This document shows positions 50,974 through 62,860 of a stretch of DNA of 64,000 nt, piece by piece. Both the position numbers and the translations under genes were made by a program. The stretch is from Mobula hypostoma (taxonomy: Eukaryota). Position 1 is the first letter of the stretch. Each line of letters opens with the position of its first letter. Location: assembly GCF_963921235.1 (NCBI RefSeq), contig NC_086109.1, positions 20,710,001 to 20,774,000 on the forward strand, read 5' to 3'. The notes below the pieces were generated by a model. It made no database searches. It saw only the letters and a program-made list of their open reading frames with translations, and was not told where the DNA came from.

Positions 50974-51248
50974 CGGTTAGCACAACGCTTTACAGGACCG
51001 GCAACCCAGGTTCAATTCCTGCCACTGCTTGCAAGGATTTTGTATGTTCTCCCCATGACTGCGTGGGTTTCCTCCAGGTGCTCTGGTTTCCTCCTACAGT
51101 CCAAAAATATACTGGCTGGTAGGTTAATTGGTCATTGTGAATTGTCCTGTGATTAGGCTAGGATTAAACTGAGGGATTGCTGGGCAGCACGGCTTGAAGG
51201 GCCAGAAGGGCCTATTCTGCACTGTATCTCAATAAATAAACAAATAAA
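50974..51248 (+). mobile_element. tRNA-derived SINE (HE1/V-SINE-like) with a CR1-type tail
   Basis: B-box GGTTCAATTCC, V-domain-like GCGTGGGTTTCCTCCAGGTGCTCTGGTTTCCTCC, and tail GGGCCAGAAGGGCCT...CTGTATCTC(AATA)n. Confidence 0.8.
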
Positions 51249-52019
51249 TTAGTGATGTCTATGTCCTCTGCCAGTCGAACAGCCCAGCAGTGAGAAGCCA
51301 ATCTCCCTCTGATGGGCAAGCAACATCTTCTCATGCCTGAGATGAGACTCCCAAGACAAGTATTGTACCCATGCTCTGTCATGGAAAATGTCTGCAGAGT
51401 ACAGGGAAAATACTGGAAAATATTAAAGGACATTGTTATAGCTCCCTGAAAAAAAACTCACAGAATTTTGATTGTTGACTGCAGAAATTCTCACGAAGAA
51501 AATTTGTACAATGGGAGCACATAGCAAGCCCGGTTTATTGTTGGGTGCAGCAGTACAGTGAGGTACAGGTACAATGAAAAACTTGCAACAGCATCACAGG
51601 CTCACAGAGTCAGACAATGACACACTGAATGAATAATACAAGACAATGTTAAACAAAGATTGTACAAACAAGACATATGTGGAAAAAAAAACAAGGCAGC
51701 CCATGGTAGCGCCGGAGGTGGTCCGTAGTGCTCCTTTGTTGGAAATAACAAGTCCCCAATGATTTAATCTCTTTTCTAACTTGGTATATGCTTTTATTTC
51801 AGAATTTCAGCATCAACTGTATATATATATATATTTTAATTTCCACTCAAACGAACTCAACTTCCAAACACCTTGCACCTATCAAACTCTTTGTTTCTTG
51901 TAAAAAGTGTTTATAATTTATGTTTTTTCTCGTGACTGCTGCTTACATGACGCTATGCCCCTCTGATGCTGCCGTAAGAACGTTTTTCATTGCATCTGTG
52001 TATATATGTACTTGTGCAT

Positions 52020-52670
52020 ATGCGAACGAACTCGATTTCGTTTCTCTAAGGACCGACCGGACAGGAAAGACAAGTCATCCCTGAGCCTAGGGGGCGCCGA
52101 AGAGCGCAGGTATGAGCGAGAGCTGCAGTAGCGCGCTGCTCCCGGCATGCTGCGCGCTCGGTGGTGAAGGGCTGGATTGAAGATGGGCGATTATGAAGAG
52201 CAGGTGTCCGACAGGGAGAAGGTGAGAATGAACGGCGGGCTGCACCTTTGGAGCTGCCGGCATCACTGACACCGAACGGTGCTGGTGCCGATAGGCGTGG
52301 AGCGCGGGGAAGGAGGGCCCGTGGCCCGCTGTAGGCCGCTCGGGCTTCAGTAATCCTCCTGCTGTCCCGGCCGGCCGGTCCAGCCTGGGAGGGTGGTCCC
52401 TGGTCCGTCACAGCCCGAGCTTTGCCCTGGTGTTCCCGGGTTCTCCAGGGCCTCCGCCTTAACTTCGAACCCTTCGCCAACTTCCTGTCCCGTTGTAAGC
52501 AGAACTTCCCGGGTACTCCCCCTCGAGCGGTGGTCAAGGCAGGCTCGTTGCTCACACGCAGCTCGTCCCTCGCCCCTCTGCCCAGGGACGGTGCCCACCG
52601 GTCCCTCGCCCCTCTGCCCAGGGACGGTGCCCACCGGTCCCTCGCCCCTCTGCCCAGGGACAGTGCAGTT
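52020..52670. promoter_or_regulatory. CpG island / promoter region of CAPZA1
   Basis: The most GC-rich and CpG-rich segment of the window; it surrounds exon 1 and includes a CTCF-like core CCTAGGGGGCGC at about 52086-52097. Confidence 0.75.
52183..52221 (+). CDS. CAPZA1: First coding exon of F-actin capping protein subunit alpha; the remaining exons lie beyond the window end
   Basis: GAAGATGGGC start context, then 13 codons MGDYEEQVSDREK and an AAG|GTGAGA donor (phase 0), inside a CpG island. It matches the recalled 39-nt CAPZA exon 1 (human CAPZA1 MADFDDRVSDEEK, CAPZA2 MADLEEQLSDEEK). The paralog call rests on divergent orientation to ST7L. The exon is too short to appear in the ORF track. 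Confidence 0.85.
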
Positions 52671-53940
52671 TCATTGGTCACACTCATTCATGCTCAGTTC
52701 AGGGACAGTATACACTTGTTCTTCATCCTTTGGCCTGGTTCTGTGCAGTTTTGTTAGTCACACACCCATACGGTGACAGTGCACACTTGTTCCTCTCACT
52801 CAGTTGGATATTTGTTTGCACTTGGACCAGGGACTTGTTCTTCCCCTTCTGCCCAGCTCACCCCTGTTTCTTGCCTTCTAGGCAGGGATAGTGTGGTTTT
52901 AATGGTCACACCCAGCCTGGGGACATTGCACAACCATTGTCCCCATTGACTCCGAAGGTGCATTCTCAATGTTCATATTGAGTTTGAGGGCAGTACACAG
53001 CCTCGAGGCCTAGTGTGAGCACACTCATTATTCTCATTCATTTGATATTGTAAGCACTTAGCCTGACAACAAACACTTGTTCTTTGGCCACACACTTATT
53101 GCTCCCATACAACCTGGGCATAGTGTACAGAGATAATACACACTTTGCTTGTACTTGGACTAGGGACAGTGAATTCATTACTTGCATCCCAGGGACAGTG
53201 CAAGCTCAGTGCTCACTCACTGCTCACATTCAACCTGCACACTCTGCTCACTCTCAGCCTCAGCCCAGGAACAGTGGGGACACATTGCTCACGCCTAACT
53301 AGCTCTCAGTACAAACCTGCTTCTTGCACTCAGGCTGGATACAGTGAACATGCGTTGCTCATGCATTGCACACTTATTGTTCGCCCTGTACTCAGTGACA
53401 GTGCACGCTTGTTCACCCTTAATTTAGGGCACTGCACACTCATTGCTCATGCTTGGTCTGGGGATAGTGCACACTTGTTGCTCATGCTCAGCCTGTTAAT
53501 AGTGCATGCACATTTCTCGTCCACAGCTCAGGGCAGTTCACACTGACTGCTTGTAATCAGCCCAAAGACAGTGCAAACTCATTGCATTGCAAGACAGTGC
53601 ACACACTCAGCTTGCATTCACAATGGGGTTGTTGGACATTTGGCCTGGGGAATTCTGCACTTGTTTCTTAACCCAAGACAGCTTACACTTGTTTCTCATG
53701 TTAAGGCCAGAGATACTGCACATGTTGCTCTTAAAGTTAGGGGATGGTGCACACTTGTTGCTGTAATGCCACAAGTTGTTCACAAATAGCCAGGGGCCAC
53801 ACAGTTCTTGCAGTCTACCTGAGGACAATGTATTCACATTGATGGCACCATGTATGGTTGCTTCTTAAACAACCCAGAATGGGTGCATGCTCATTGCTTG
53901 CATGCGTCCAGGGGACAGTGCTCACTCTCTACTCAGATTT
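52565..53940. repeat. 36-bp minisatellite (two identical units plus most of a third, 52565-52666) grading into a degenerate array, in CAPZA1 intron 1
   Basis: Unit GTCCCTCGCCCCTCTGCCCAGGGACGGTGCCCACCG; GGGACAGTGCACAC-like cores recur downstream. Confidence 0.85.
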
Positions 53941-56124
53941 AGCCAAGGGTAAGAGCATTGTGTGTAATCAGCAGACATCAAGGCACATACTGTAGGTTCT
54001 TTAATTTGGAAGACTTTGTGCACTGACAGGCTTCATTGCTCACATCTCAGTACTGGTGCAAGGTTGTCCCTGGGTAGAAGCCCTGTTTCCCTTCCGCCAA
54101 GGGTTTATATCTGCTCTCCCCCTAGAAGAAAACACTACAGCATTTGTGGGTTTTTATATCAGACACATGATAGTGCAATCAGTTCCTCTGATAAGTTTCT
54201 GCCGCTCCCTAATAGCTAATTGGATTAGAATAGTGTTTGGGATAGTTGGTGAGAACCAGGAACTGGTTACTGGGGCCACATGTACCCTATTCTCTCTCTG
54301 CTACATCCACTCCTTTTGCTGTATTAATCTGCTTTTAAACTGAACTAGAAGATTAACATGACTTCTTTATACTTCTGTTACACTTGACTTTACTGGAAGC
54401 TGTATCGTATCCTCTGCGGATATAAACTTGATTTATCCTTGTCTTGAATAATTCAAAATTTGTGAGACTCTGAATGTTTGGTTGGAGATTGGGGGAAACT
54501 GACCAGAGCAAGGCCATTGAGCTTCTATGTGACATTCAGTACTATCACAGAGCTGTGAAAATGTATGTATGTGGTTTCAGACATCCAGAGGGCACAAAAT
54601 TCTCTCTCCCTACTTGCTCAATCCTGGGCCAGCATACTGTATTGAGATGTTCGTGACAACAATTGATAATTGGTAACGTGCATGCTTTATGTTGCATGAT
54701 ATGGATATAAGTATGGAGTACTGAAAAGTTATGCATAATGTAAAAGATGGTATTTTTATTGTAACATTCTTTTCCCTCATTACTATTTAACTTCATATGT
54801 TATAGTCGGCTCGCCTCAATCTAGTGACTTCTGTTTGAGAAAGCAACTGGAACTGTCTGCTCATCGCCTTGCAGGGTGGTGACAAATTTCGTCTTTTGGA
54901 TTTTTTCAGAGTTCCAGTGTAACACTTTACTTCCTTGTATTGTAAAATGGAATCAGGACACTGAAAGCTACCAAGTAATGTTGTCTAGGGAGTGGTGATA
55001 CAGCTACGATTACTTCTGCTTTTGTCAGTGAGCAGCAGAGCTTTGAAAGTAATCCAGTCCTTTCAGAACAAATTTTTAAAACTTAGAAACATAGCTCATG
55101 CTCCTTTTGTGGGTTCCCTTTCCATTCGTTTTAGTAAACTGTTCTTCAACAGTGTAGTTTTGAGTAGACTTTTAAATAAAATAATTGTGGTTTAAAAAAA
55201 CTGTGTTATAGCACCATAGTTTTACATCATCCTGTAGTGGTGCCTCAATGAGCTGTCGTGATCGGGAAATGGAGCCTTTTACTGTGACTTAGAAAGTTAT
55301 TGTTAAGAGGATGTGGCTTCATTTAATCGATAGCTTTGTGCGTTTCAGGTCTTTTTACGTCTCAAAACTTATTACGGTTAGAAATCAATTTTCCTGTACT
55401 TTCCTGACTGGCCTCTAATTTTGACTTTTTATTTACATGGGCTGTTCTGTGTCACATGAAGTCATATTTACTGACTACTTGTGTTTTTGTTGTACAATTT
55501 TGGCTCTCGTACCTTTGTTTTATAAATTTATCAGTCTTCGTTTAAACTTGTTTCATGGCCTTGCAGTTCCCTATCGTTGTATCCTCCTCCTCCTCCACAT
55601 TCCTTTGATCCCTGTGCATTTCGAGTTCTCATCTCTTGTTCGTTTTCCTTGAGCTCCTCTGCCCTTGGTAGCCTTATCTTCAAAAGACTGGAACCAAAGC
55701 AACTCCTTTATGTTTGCTTCTTTTTCTCTCTCCCCCTACTAGATGTTTTGTTAAACCTGTCTCTCACTGATTCCTTTGTTGCTTTCCCCAGAAGTTTCCT
55801 TCAAGACATATCAAATTTGCTTAATTGTTTTTGGTGAAGGGCCTTGGGATATTTTGCTGTCAAAAGCACTTTATAAATACCTGGATTAAAGTGCCCCTTG
55901 CCAGCCAGGACTTTCTGCTACATAATTAAAGTAGAAAAAAAGTTTTGATGCATTTAGTTACAACTTGATGGGGGATGGATTCCAAAAATACACTGGTTGC
56001 CAGTTGTGTAATCATTATTATTGTATAGCTCTTGTTTTTCTCTGTTACTCCTCTGCCTGCCTATTTCACTGTCTTGGCACTTGGTTCGTTGTCTTTTCTG
56101 TCATGGACTATTTATTGTATCCAT

Positions 56125-58135
56125 TCCTACTGCCATATACCCAATAATGGGATGGAAGATGGGAGCAGAAGTTGGCAAGTCAGCCTGTCGAGTTTGCTCT
56201 GCCATTTCATCATGGCTGATCCATTTCCCTCTCACCCTCATTCTCCCCATAATCATTCACACCTTGGCTAAACAAGAAACTATCAACCTTCACCTTAAAT
56301 GCACCCAGTGACCTGGCTTCCACAGCCACCTGTGGCAATGAATTCCACCAATTCACCACCCTCTGGCCAAAGAAGTTCCTCCTCATCTCTGTTCTAAATG
56401 GATGTCCCTCTATTCTGAGGCTGTGCCCTCTGGCCCGAGACTCAACCACCAAAGGAAACATCCTTTTCGCATGCACTCTGTTCGAGGCCTTTCAACATTC
56501 AATAGGTTTAAGTGAGATAACTCCCCCCCCCGCCCCCAATTCTTCTAAATTCAAGTAAGTACAAGCCTAGAGCATTCAATTGCTGCTCATATGATAACCC
56601 TTTCACCCTTTCATTCCCGGAATAATTCTCATGAACCTTCTCTGAGCCCTCTCCAATGTCAGCACATCATTTCTTCAATAAGAAAGCCTCAGAAAGGTGG
56701 TGTCCATCATGAAGGACTCCATCACCCAGGACCATGTCCTCTTCTTATTGTTGCCATCAGGAAGGAGGTACAGAAGCTTGAAGGCACACACTCAGTGATT
56801 CAGAAACAGCTTCTTCCTCTCTGCCATCTAAATGGACATTGAACCCAGGAACATTACCCCACTACTTTTTTAAGCAACACACACAAAATGCTGTTGGAAC
56901 GCAGCAGGCCAGGCAGAATCTATAGGAAGAAGCACAGTTGACGTTTCAGGCCGAGACCCTTCGTCAGGACTAACTGAAAGAAGAGTTAGTAAGAGATTTG
57001 AAAGGGGGAGGTGGAGGGGGAAATCCGAAATGATAGGAGAAGACAGGAGGGGGAGGGATAGAGCTAAGAGCTGGAAAGTTGATTGGCAAAAGGGATGCAA
57101 GGCTGGAGAAGGGAGATGATCATGGGACAGGAGGCCTAGGGAAAAAGAAAGGGGGAGGGGAGTGCCAGAGAAAGATGGAGAGCAGGCAAGGAGTTATTGT
57201 GAGAGGGACAGAGAGAGAAAAAAAGGAAAAAATAAAAAAATAATAAATAAGGGGTGGAGTGAGAACGGGTGGAGGGGCATTAACGGAAGTTAGAGAAGTC
57301 AATGTTCATGCCATCAGGTTGGAGGCTACCCAGACGGAATATAAGGTGTTGTTCCTCCAACCTGAGTGTGGCTTCATCTTGACAGTAGAGGTGGCCATGG
57401 ATAGACATATCAGAATGGGAATGGGACGTGGAATTAAAATGTGTGGCCACTGGGAGATGCTAATGCCCCTCCTCCCGTTCTCATCCCATCGCTTATTTAT
57501 TATTTTTTATTTTTTCCTCTCTCTGTCCCTCACAAGAACTCCTTGCCTGCTCTCCACCTTCTGCTGGTGCTCCCCTCCCCCTTTCTTTCTCCCGAGGCCT
57601 CCTGTCCCATGATCCTCTCCCTTCTCCAGCCTTGTATCCCTTTTGCCAATCAACTTTCCAGCTCTTATCTCTATCCCTTCCCTTCCCTTCCTGTCTTCTC
57701 CTATCATTTCGGATCTCCCCCTTCCCCTCCCACTTTCAAATCTCTTGCTATCTCTTCTTTCAGTTCGTCCTGATGAAGGGTCTCGGCCTGAAATGTCGAC
57801 TGTGCTTCCTGTGGATGCTGCCTGGCCTGCTGCGTTCCACCAGCATTTTGTGTGTGTTGCTTGAATTTCCAGCATCTGCAGATTTCCTCGTGTTTGCACC
57901 ACTACTTTTTTATTTCTGTTTTTGTACTGATTTAACTTTTTATTATACATATTCAGTTTTTAAATATATTTGTAATGTATTACATTGTACTGCTATTGCA
58001 AAGTTAACAAATTTCATGACATGCCTTTGATGTGATTCTGATAAGGGCCCCAAAGGTGCTCACAATATTCCAAGTGGGGCCTCACTAGAGCTTTATACAG
58101 CCTCAGCATTACATCCTTGCTTTTATATATTCATG
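56125..58135 (-). mobile_element. CR1 3' fragment (56125-56680, resuming at about 58042-58135) interrupted by a Rex-like LINE tail (about 56684-58040) that is itself interrupted by Penelope
   Basis: ORF remnant FPLVVESRARGHSLRIEG...RVVNWWNSLP; nested junctions are visible. Confidence 0.8.
56873..57898. mobile_element. Penelope-like element with long inverted arms and a GIY-YIG C-terminal fragment
   Basis: 14-bp TSD CCACTACTTTTTTA at 56859-56872 and 57899-57912; inversion junction at about 57459; hammerhead motifs at 56935-56972 (-) and 57765-57802 (+). Confidence 0.92.
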
Positions 58136-58428
58136 CAGAGTAATTTAGCAAACAGTTTTGTTTCCCGATGACTTCAGTAGCTCTTTCTAATTATTAGGTA
58201 CTAATAATTTCCAAATATATTGTACATTTCATTCCCAAAATTCTCCATCTCTCTGTTCATGTTTAAGATGTTCCTACAATCCATTATAGACTCAAATTTC
58301 ACTCTCACCTTCCCTCTTTACCTTCCCCCCAGCCCTGCTAACATTTCTTCTTTAGCACAGGGTAAATCTTTGCACAAGTGTCTGAGAAAGTTTCCATATG
58401 TTAATATGCTATACAAACTGTAATGGAA

Positions 58429-58667
58429 AACTTAGCAAGTCAAGCAGCATCTGTAGATCGAAATAAACCTATCATCTGCCAGCTTGTACTCCTCAGCCCT
58501 CCCTCCCCACCTTACTCTGGCTTCCACCCCCTTTTTTTGACTGTGATGAAAGATCTAGGCCTGAAATGTTTAACCCTCTGTAGATGCTGCTTGACTTGCT
58601 GAGTTCCTCCAGCATTTTGGGTATGTTGCTCAAGATTTCCTGCATGTGCAGAATTTCTTGTGTCTCG
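58429..58667 (+). mobile_element. Short inverted Penelope-derived insertion
   Basis: TSD AAACTGTAATGGAA (58415-58428) / AAACTGCAATGGAA (58668-58681); degenerate hammerhead at about 58540-58575. Confidence 0.75.
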
Positions 58668-58884
58668 AAACTGCAATGGAATAGAATCTTGAAAAAAGAT
58701 TAATATTGTTCAAGCTTCTATTATCTGACGAATTACTGTTCATCATGTTCAAAAAAAAGCCATAACATTGATGATAATATAAGGGGCAGCTATTTCAACC
58801 ATAACTTTTATAACTATGACCATCTGTTCCTAAGGTGTTAAAGTTGCTACATAGGATTCCAGATGCACTAGATTTTGTTAGTCA

Positions 58885-59295
58885 AATGGCAGTCATTAAT
58901 GCACATCTACATGAAATGCTGTCATAGGAAAGCAGAGATCCCCACCACCCAGGTCATGTTCTTTTCCTGTTGCTGCCATCAGGTAGAAGGTAACAAGAGC
59001 CTCAGGACTTGCACCACTAAGTTCAAGAACAGTCACTACCCCTCTACCATCAGGCACTTGAATAAAATACACTTTACCAATGATCTCACTTTAAGGACTC
59101 TATCTCATTATCTCATGTTCTCATTATTTATTGCTATTTATTTACATTTGCACAGTTTGTTTTCTTCTGCACTGTGGTTGATCTTTCATTGATCCTGATA
59201 TTGTTACTATTCTGTAGGTTTGTTGAGTATGCCCACAAGAAGGTGAATCTCAGTGACATATACGTCCTTTGATAATAAAATTTACTGTAAGTTTT
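58885..59295 (+). mobile_element. Rex/Babar-like LINE 3' fragment
   Basis: SLRTCTTKFKNSHYPSTIRHLN and the shared 3'UTR. Confidence 0.75.
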
Positions 59296-59862
59296 GATAG
59301 CAAGAGTCAGCTGGCTATTTAGTAGTAAGGATATTTCTAACTAGCTGTGTTCCCGTATGTAATAGTACTAACCATGACCAACCAGAGATTGGACGTGCTC
59401 CATGTTATTTGGCTGCTTACTAAACCATGGTTTGATGAATAGTTGGATTTTGTTTCTGAATGGGGTAGCTGTGTGTTTATGCTCCACTGAAGAGCTCAGA
59501 GTCTAGGTGAGCTTTTTCAAAACAGTACTAAGGTGGTTCTGTTACATGGTTGGTGGCATCTAGTGGAATGTTGAATTGATAAAAGGGCACATAAAATTTA
59601 TTTCAATTTATGAATTAATGCTCGTCTATGTTTGATCTTCATTAAGATGCTGTGTTTTGAAAGGCGATACCTTCTTATGGCATGGGGTTGTTTGGAGGAC
59701 TGACTGCCAGTTATAATGTGAGAATCCTGCTAATTCATAATGGTTTTTGTACTCGGTTGATGAATCAGTAAAGCTATTAGCATTAAAAGGTTGTACTCTC
59801 TTTATACATTTCAGATCAGATTAATTCAATTATTGAAAAAGCTAAGAATTGGTATCCATATT

Positions 59863-60588
59863 TGCAGGTCAAGCATCATCTATGGTGAGGAATAAACACA
59901 ACATGTCAGGTTGAGAGCCTTCATCAGGTCTTACCTTGCCTGCTGAGTTCCTCCAGCATTTTGCGTGCGTTGCTCTGGATTTCCAGCATCTGTAGAGTCT
60001 CTTGGCTTTGTGTTTACAGACTGCAATGTAATGAGGGAAATATGGCAGGCCTTGTCGTTTTGATAAGGGGGGACCTACACCACCAGGTTCTGGAGCAGTT
60101 ATTACTCTTCAACCGTCATGATCTTGAACCGAGGAAATAACTTCACTCAGCCTCAGACACAGAAATAGGAAAATTTTAAATTAATCCTTTTGACTATAAT
60201 TGTTGGGAGATATTAGGTAATTATAATGAATATACATCTCCCCTGTTTGGGTAAAAGTTTCCACGTGTTTTTTTTGTAGGAAATAAGCTCAGGCATTTAC
60301 ATTCACCTTTTTCTGGAAATTTGAGTCCCTTTTCAGAGAGAGATTTGCTTATCACAGGACAATTATATGTGTAGAAAGAAAAGTTATAGATGATTATAAA
60401 CACAAGAATTTCTGCAGATGCTGAAGATCCAAAGCAGCACACAAAGCGCTGGAGGAACTGGCATCTTCTCCCCTCCTTCTCAGTTCTAGAGAAGGGTCTC
60501 AGCCTGAAACATTAACTGTTTACTCTTTTCCAGAGGTGCTGCCTGACCTGCTGAATTCTTCCAGCATTCTGAGTGTGTTGCTCTGGAG
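59863..60588. mobile_element. Two further short inverted Penelope-derived insertions (about 59863-60012 and 60397-60588)
   Basis: Same terminal segment in both orientations, with degenerate hammerhead cores. Confidence 0.7.
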
Positions 60589-62439
60589 GTGTAGATTGTT
60601 TACATTGTATTTGCAGATTTCATTAATGAAATACTTTGGCTAAAAGCATTTAACCTTAAAGTTCTGTACAACATTTAGAAAGTTCATCATATTCTGGCAT
60701 GCTCAATGACCACTTAAATTAAAATAATTTTTAAATATTTAGAACTATTTCATATGTAAATAGCATTGCTATCAGAGCATGGAAAATTAAGAGAAAATTT
60801 AATAATAGTACTGAAAATGTAAAGGGGTTTGACAGAATAAGGGGAAGCTGTTTTGATAAGAACTTGTAGTGTTAATGGGGAACTAGCAGAAAATGAATAT
60901 GACATTTTTCTTTTTTGAAAACAAAACTGGAACAAAAGAGAAAATGGCCATTTTCTGAGTTTCATTGTTCTATGACTTTGGTATAATGGCTGCTAGATTT
61001 TTTTCCACTGTCAGTTGCTTGTGAAGTTTCAGTCAAGTAATGCAATAAGTCAGTTGCATGAATGAATAAGGAAGTTGAGTTCTGCTGTGTGCTGCATTTG
61101 TTACCTGAAATGGTCATATTCAAATGCTTCAGCAGAGATGGCAGGAAGTTCACTAGTGTCAAATCATTTTAGATGGTGAAATGTGTTTGAGTGAGCAGAA
61201 CTTGTATAACATCTGTTTATGTAACCACTTAACAAAACCCATATGGCTGGAATTTTTAAATCATTTTGTTTTTTTTTCCATTTTACTCAAATTTGCATGT
61301 TTTCCCATGGAGCCGTACCTTTGTATCTCTGTTCTTACTGCTTAGAGTTTTGTAGTATAAGGCCTATAATTATTTTTTTCTTGATTCAATTAATATTTGT
61401 TGGACTTAATCCTATAGCAACTTAAATTTATAGAATTAAGAGGTCATTTTACATACTTGAAAAGGTGCTAAGATTGAGACTTTCTCCATTGAGTGAGTCC
61501 AGAAAAAATCTATCACTTCAAACCAAACAATGAGGTCTAAAATATCCTAACCCTAACCCATGAAGTGACGTGCCTTTCATTATCTTACTCCATTGAAAAA
61601 CACAGGTTGGGGCGTGATCAACTCTTGCTGGGTCACCTAGGTGAGGGTGTCTTCTGTTTAAAAACCTGAAACACCCAAGACCCCAGGTTACAACGCTGTG
61701 TCTCAGTGCATGCCAGCTTAATAAAACCAGGTGGTGTTGAACGAGGTTAGTGAGGGGCGTGGACCAGATCAAAGTGGCAGGGTCAAATGACATTGAACCT
61801 TCTGCAAAGTGATCAAGAAACACAAGGGATAATTTTCCCACTGCTCACATAATTACACCCTAACGCTAAACCTAATCCTGGTCCACACCCCCTGCCCCCC
61901 CCCCACCAACCCTCACACCTTCTGTGTAGATGGGTAAGATTCTTTTAAAGGGTTTTTAGGCTGGTGAGTTATGCAATTTTTCAATACCCTGACTATTGGG
62001 GTGTTTTGAAAAAGCCTGTGTTGATAGAGGGTAATTGAAATCATTAACTCTCTTCAAATTGAATGGGTGGGCAGATGGAAAATTCAATAAAAACAACTAA
62101 GGTCAATTGTGTGGGCACAAATATTGGTACCACTTAACCATCACAAACCTAGATGCTTTCAGACCTTGCTGCACTTTGCAGTACAGTTCCAATAATCATC
62201 AAGTACTGTCTGCAAAACTGTTAGATGAGTGGAAACCGGCAATGCTGATTGTATGTTGTGTTGTGCACATTGGGTACAGATTGCTTAAAATGCCACCAGT
62301 CTGTACCATTTATGTTCAGCAACAAGAGTATAATCTGTGAAATACATCGATGTCACATCTTATTGAAACCTGCAACAATCAACAAGTTATCACTAATTTT
62401 CAAAAGCAGGAGCATGTCTATTGACTGTGGATCAAAGAT

Positions 62440-62860
62440 CCCAAACCTGCTTGAGAGGTTAAACAGTTAGGGTCTGTACTGTTTGGGATTTTCAAGAGAG
62501 AGGTGATGTCATTGAGATGTACAGAATCCTGAGGGGCATAATTGATCAGACGTAGAGTGGTTTTCACTACTGGGAAAGTCTGAATTGAGGAGACATGTTT
62601 ACAAGGTAAGGTACTGGTTATTTCAACCAGAGGTTTGCAGAGGGTTGTGAATGTTTGGAATTTTCTACCCTGGAGGGGTGTGGAGGCTAGATCAATGGAA
62701 GTACAGTATTTAAAGTGGTGTTAGATAATTTTTGAAAAATCAGGGAATTAAAGGTTAAGGGAAACTGGTCGAGGATTTGAAGCCTGGGGTGGGTCAACCA
62801 CGATCATGTTGAATAACGACGACATCTTAAAGGCCAAGTGACCTACTTCTGTTCCTAAAT
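62440..62860 (+). mobile_element. Old CR1 3' fragment
   Basis: CAGAGGGTTGTGAATGTTTGGAATT and GGCCAAGTGACCTACTTCTGTTCCT tail motifs. Confidence 0.7.

Noticed and set aside
50974..51030. tRNA gene
   Set aside because: Only B-box similarity with no cloverleaf; it continues into a SINE body and tail.
52565..52666. 36-bp repeats as a CRISPR array
   Set aside because: The units are head-to-tail with no spacers, the context is vertebrate, and there are no cas genes.
52046..52776. Long ORFs (213 aa minus; 127 and 111 aa plus) in the CAPZA1 island
   Set aside because: Stop-poor by-products of GC-rich DNA and the 36-bp minisatellite; the translations are low-complexity with no domain.
59553..59566. 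Second CTCF-like motif (CCACTAGATGCCAC, minus strand)
   Set aside because: Mismatch at a highly conserved G of the core; too weak to call.
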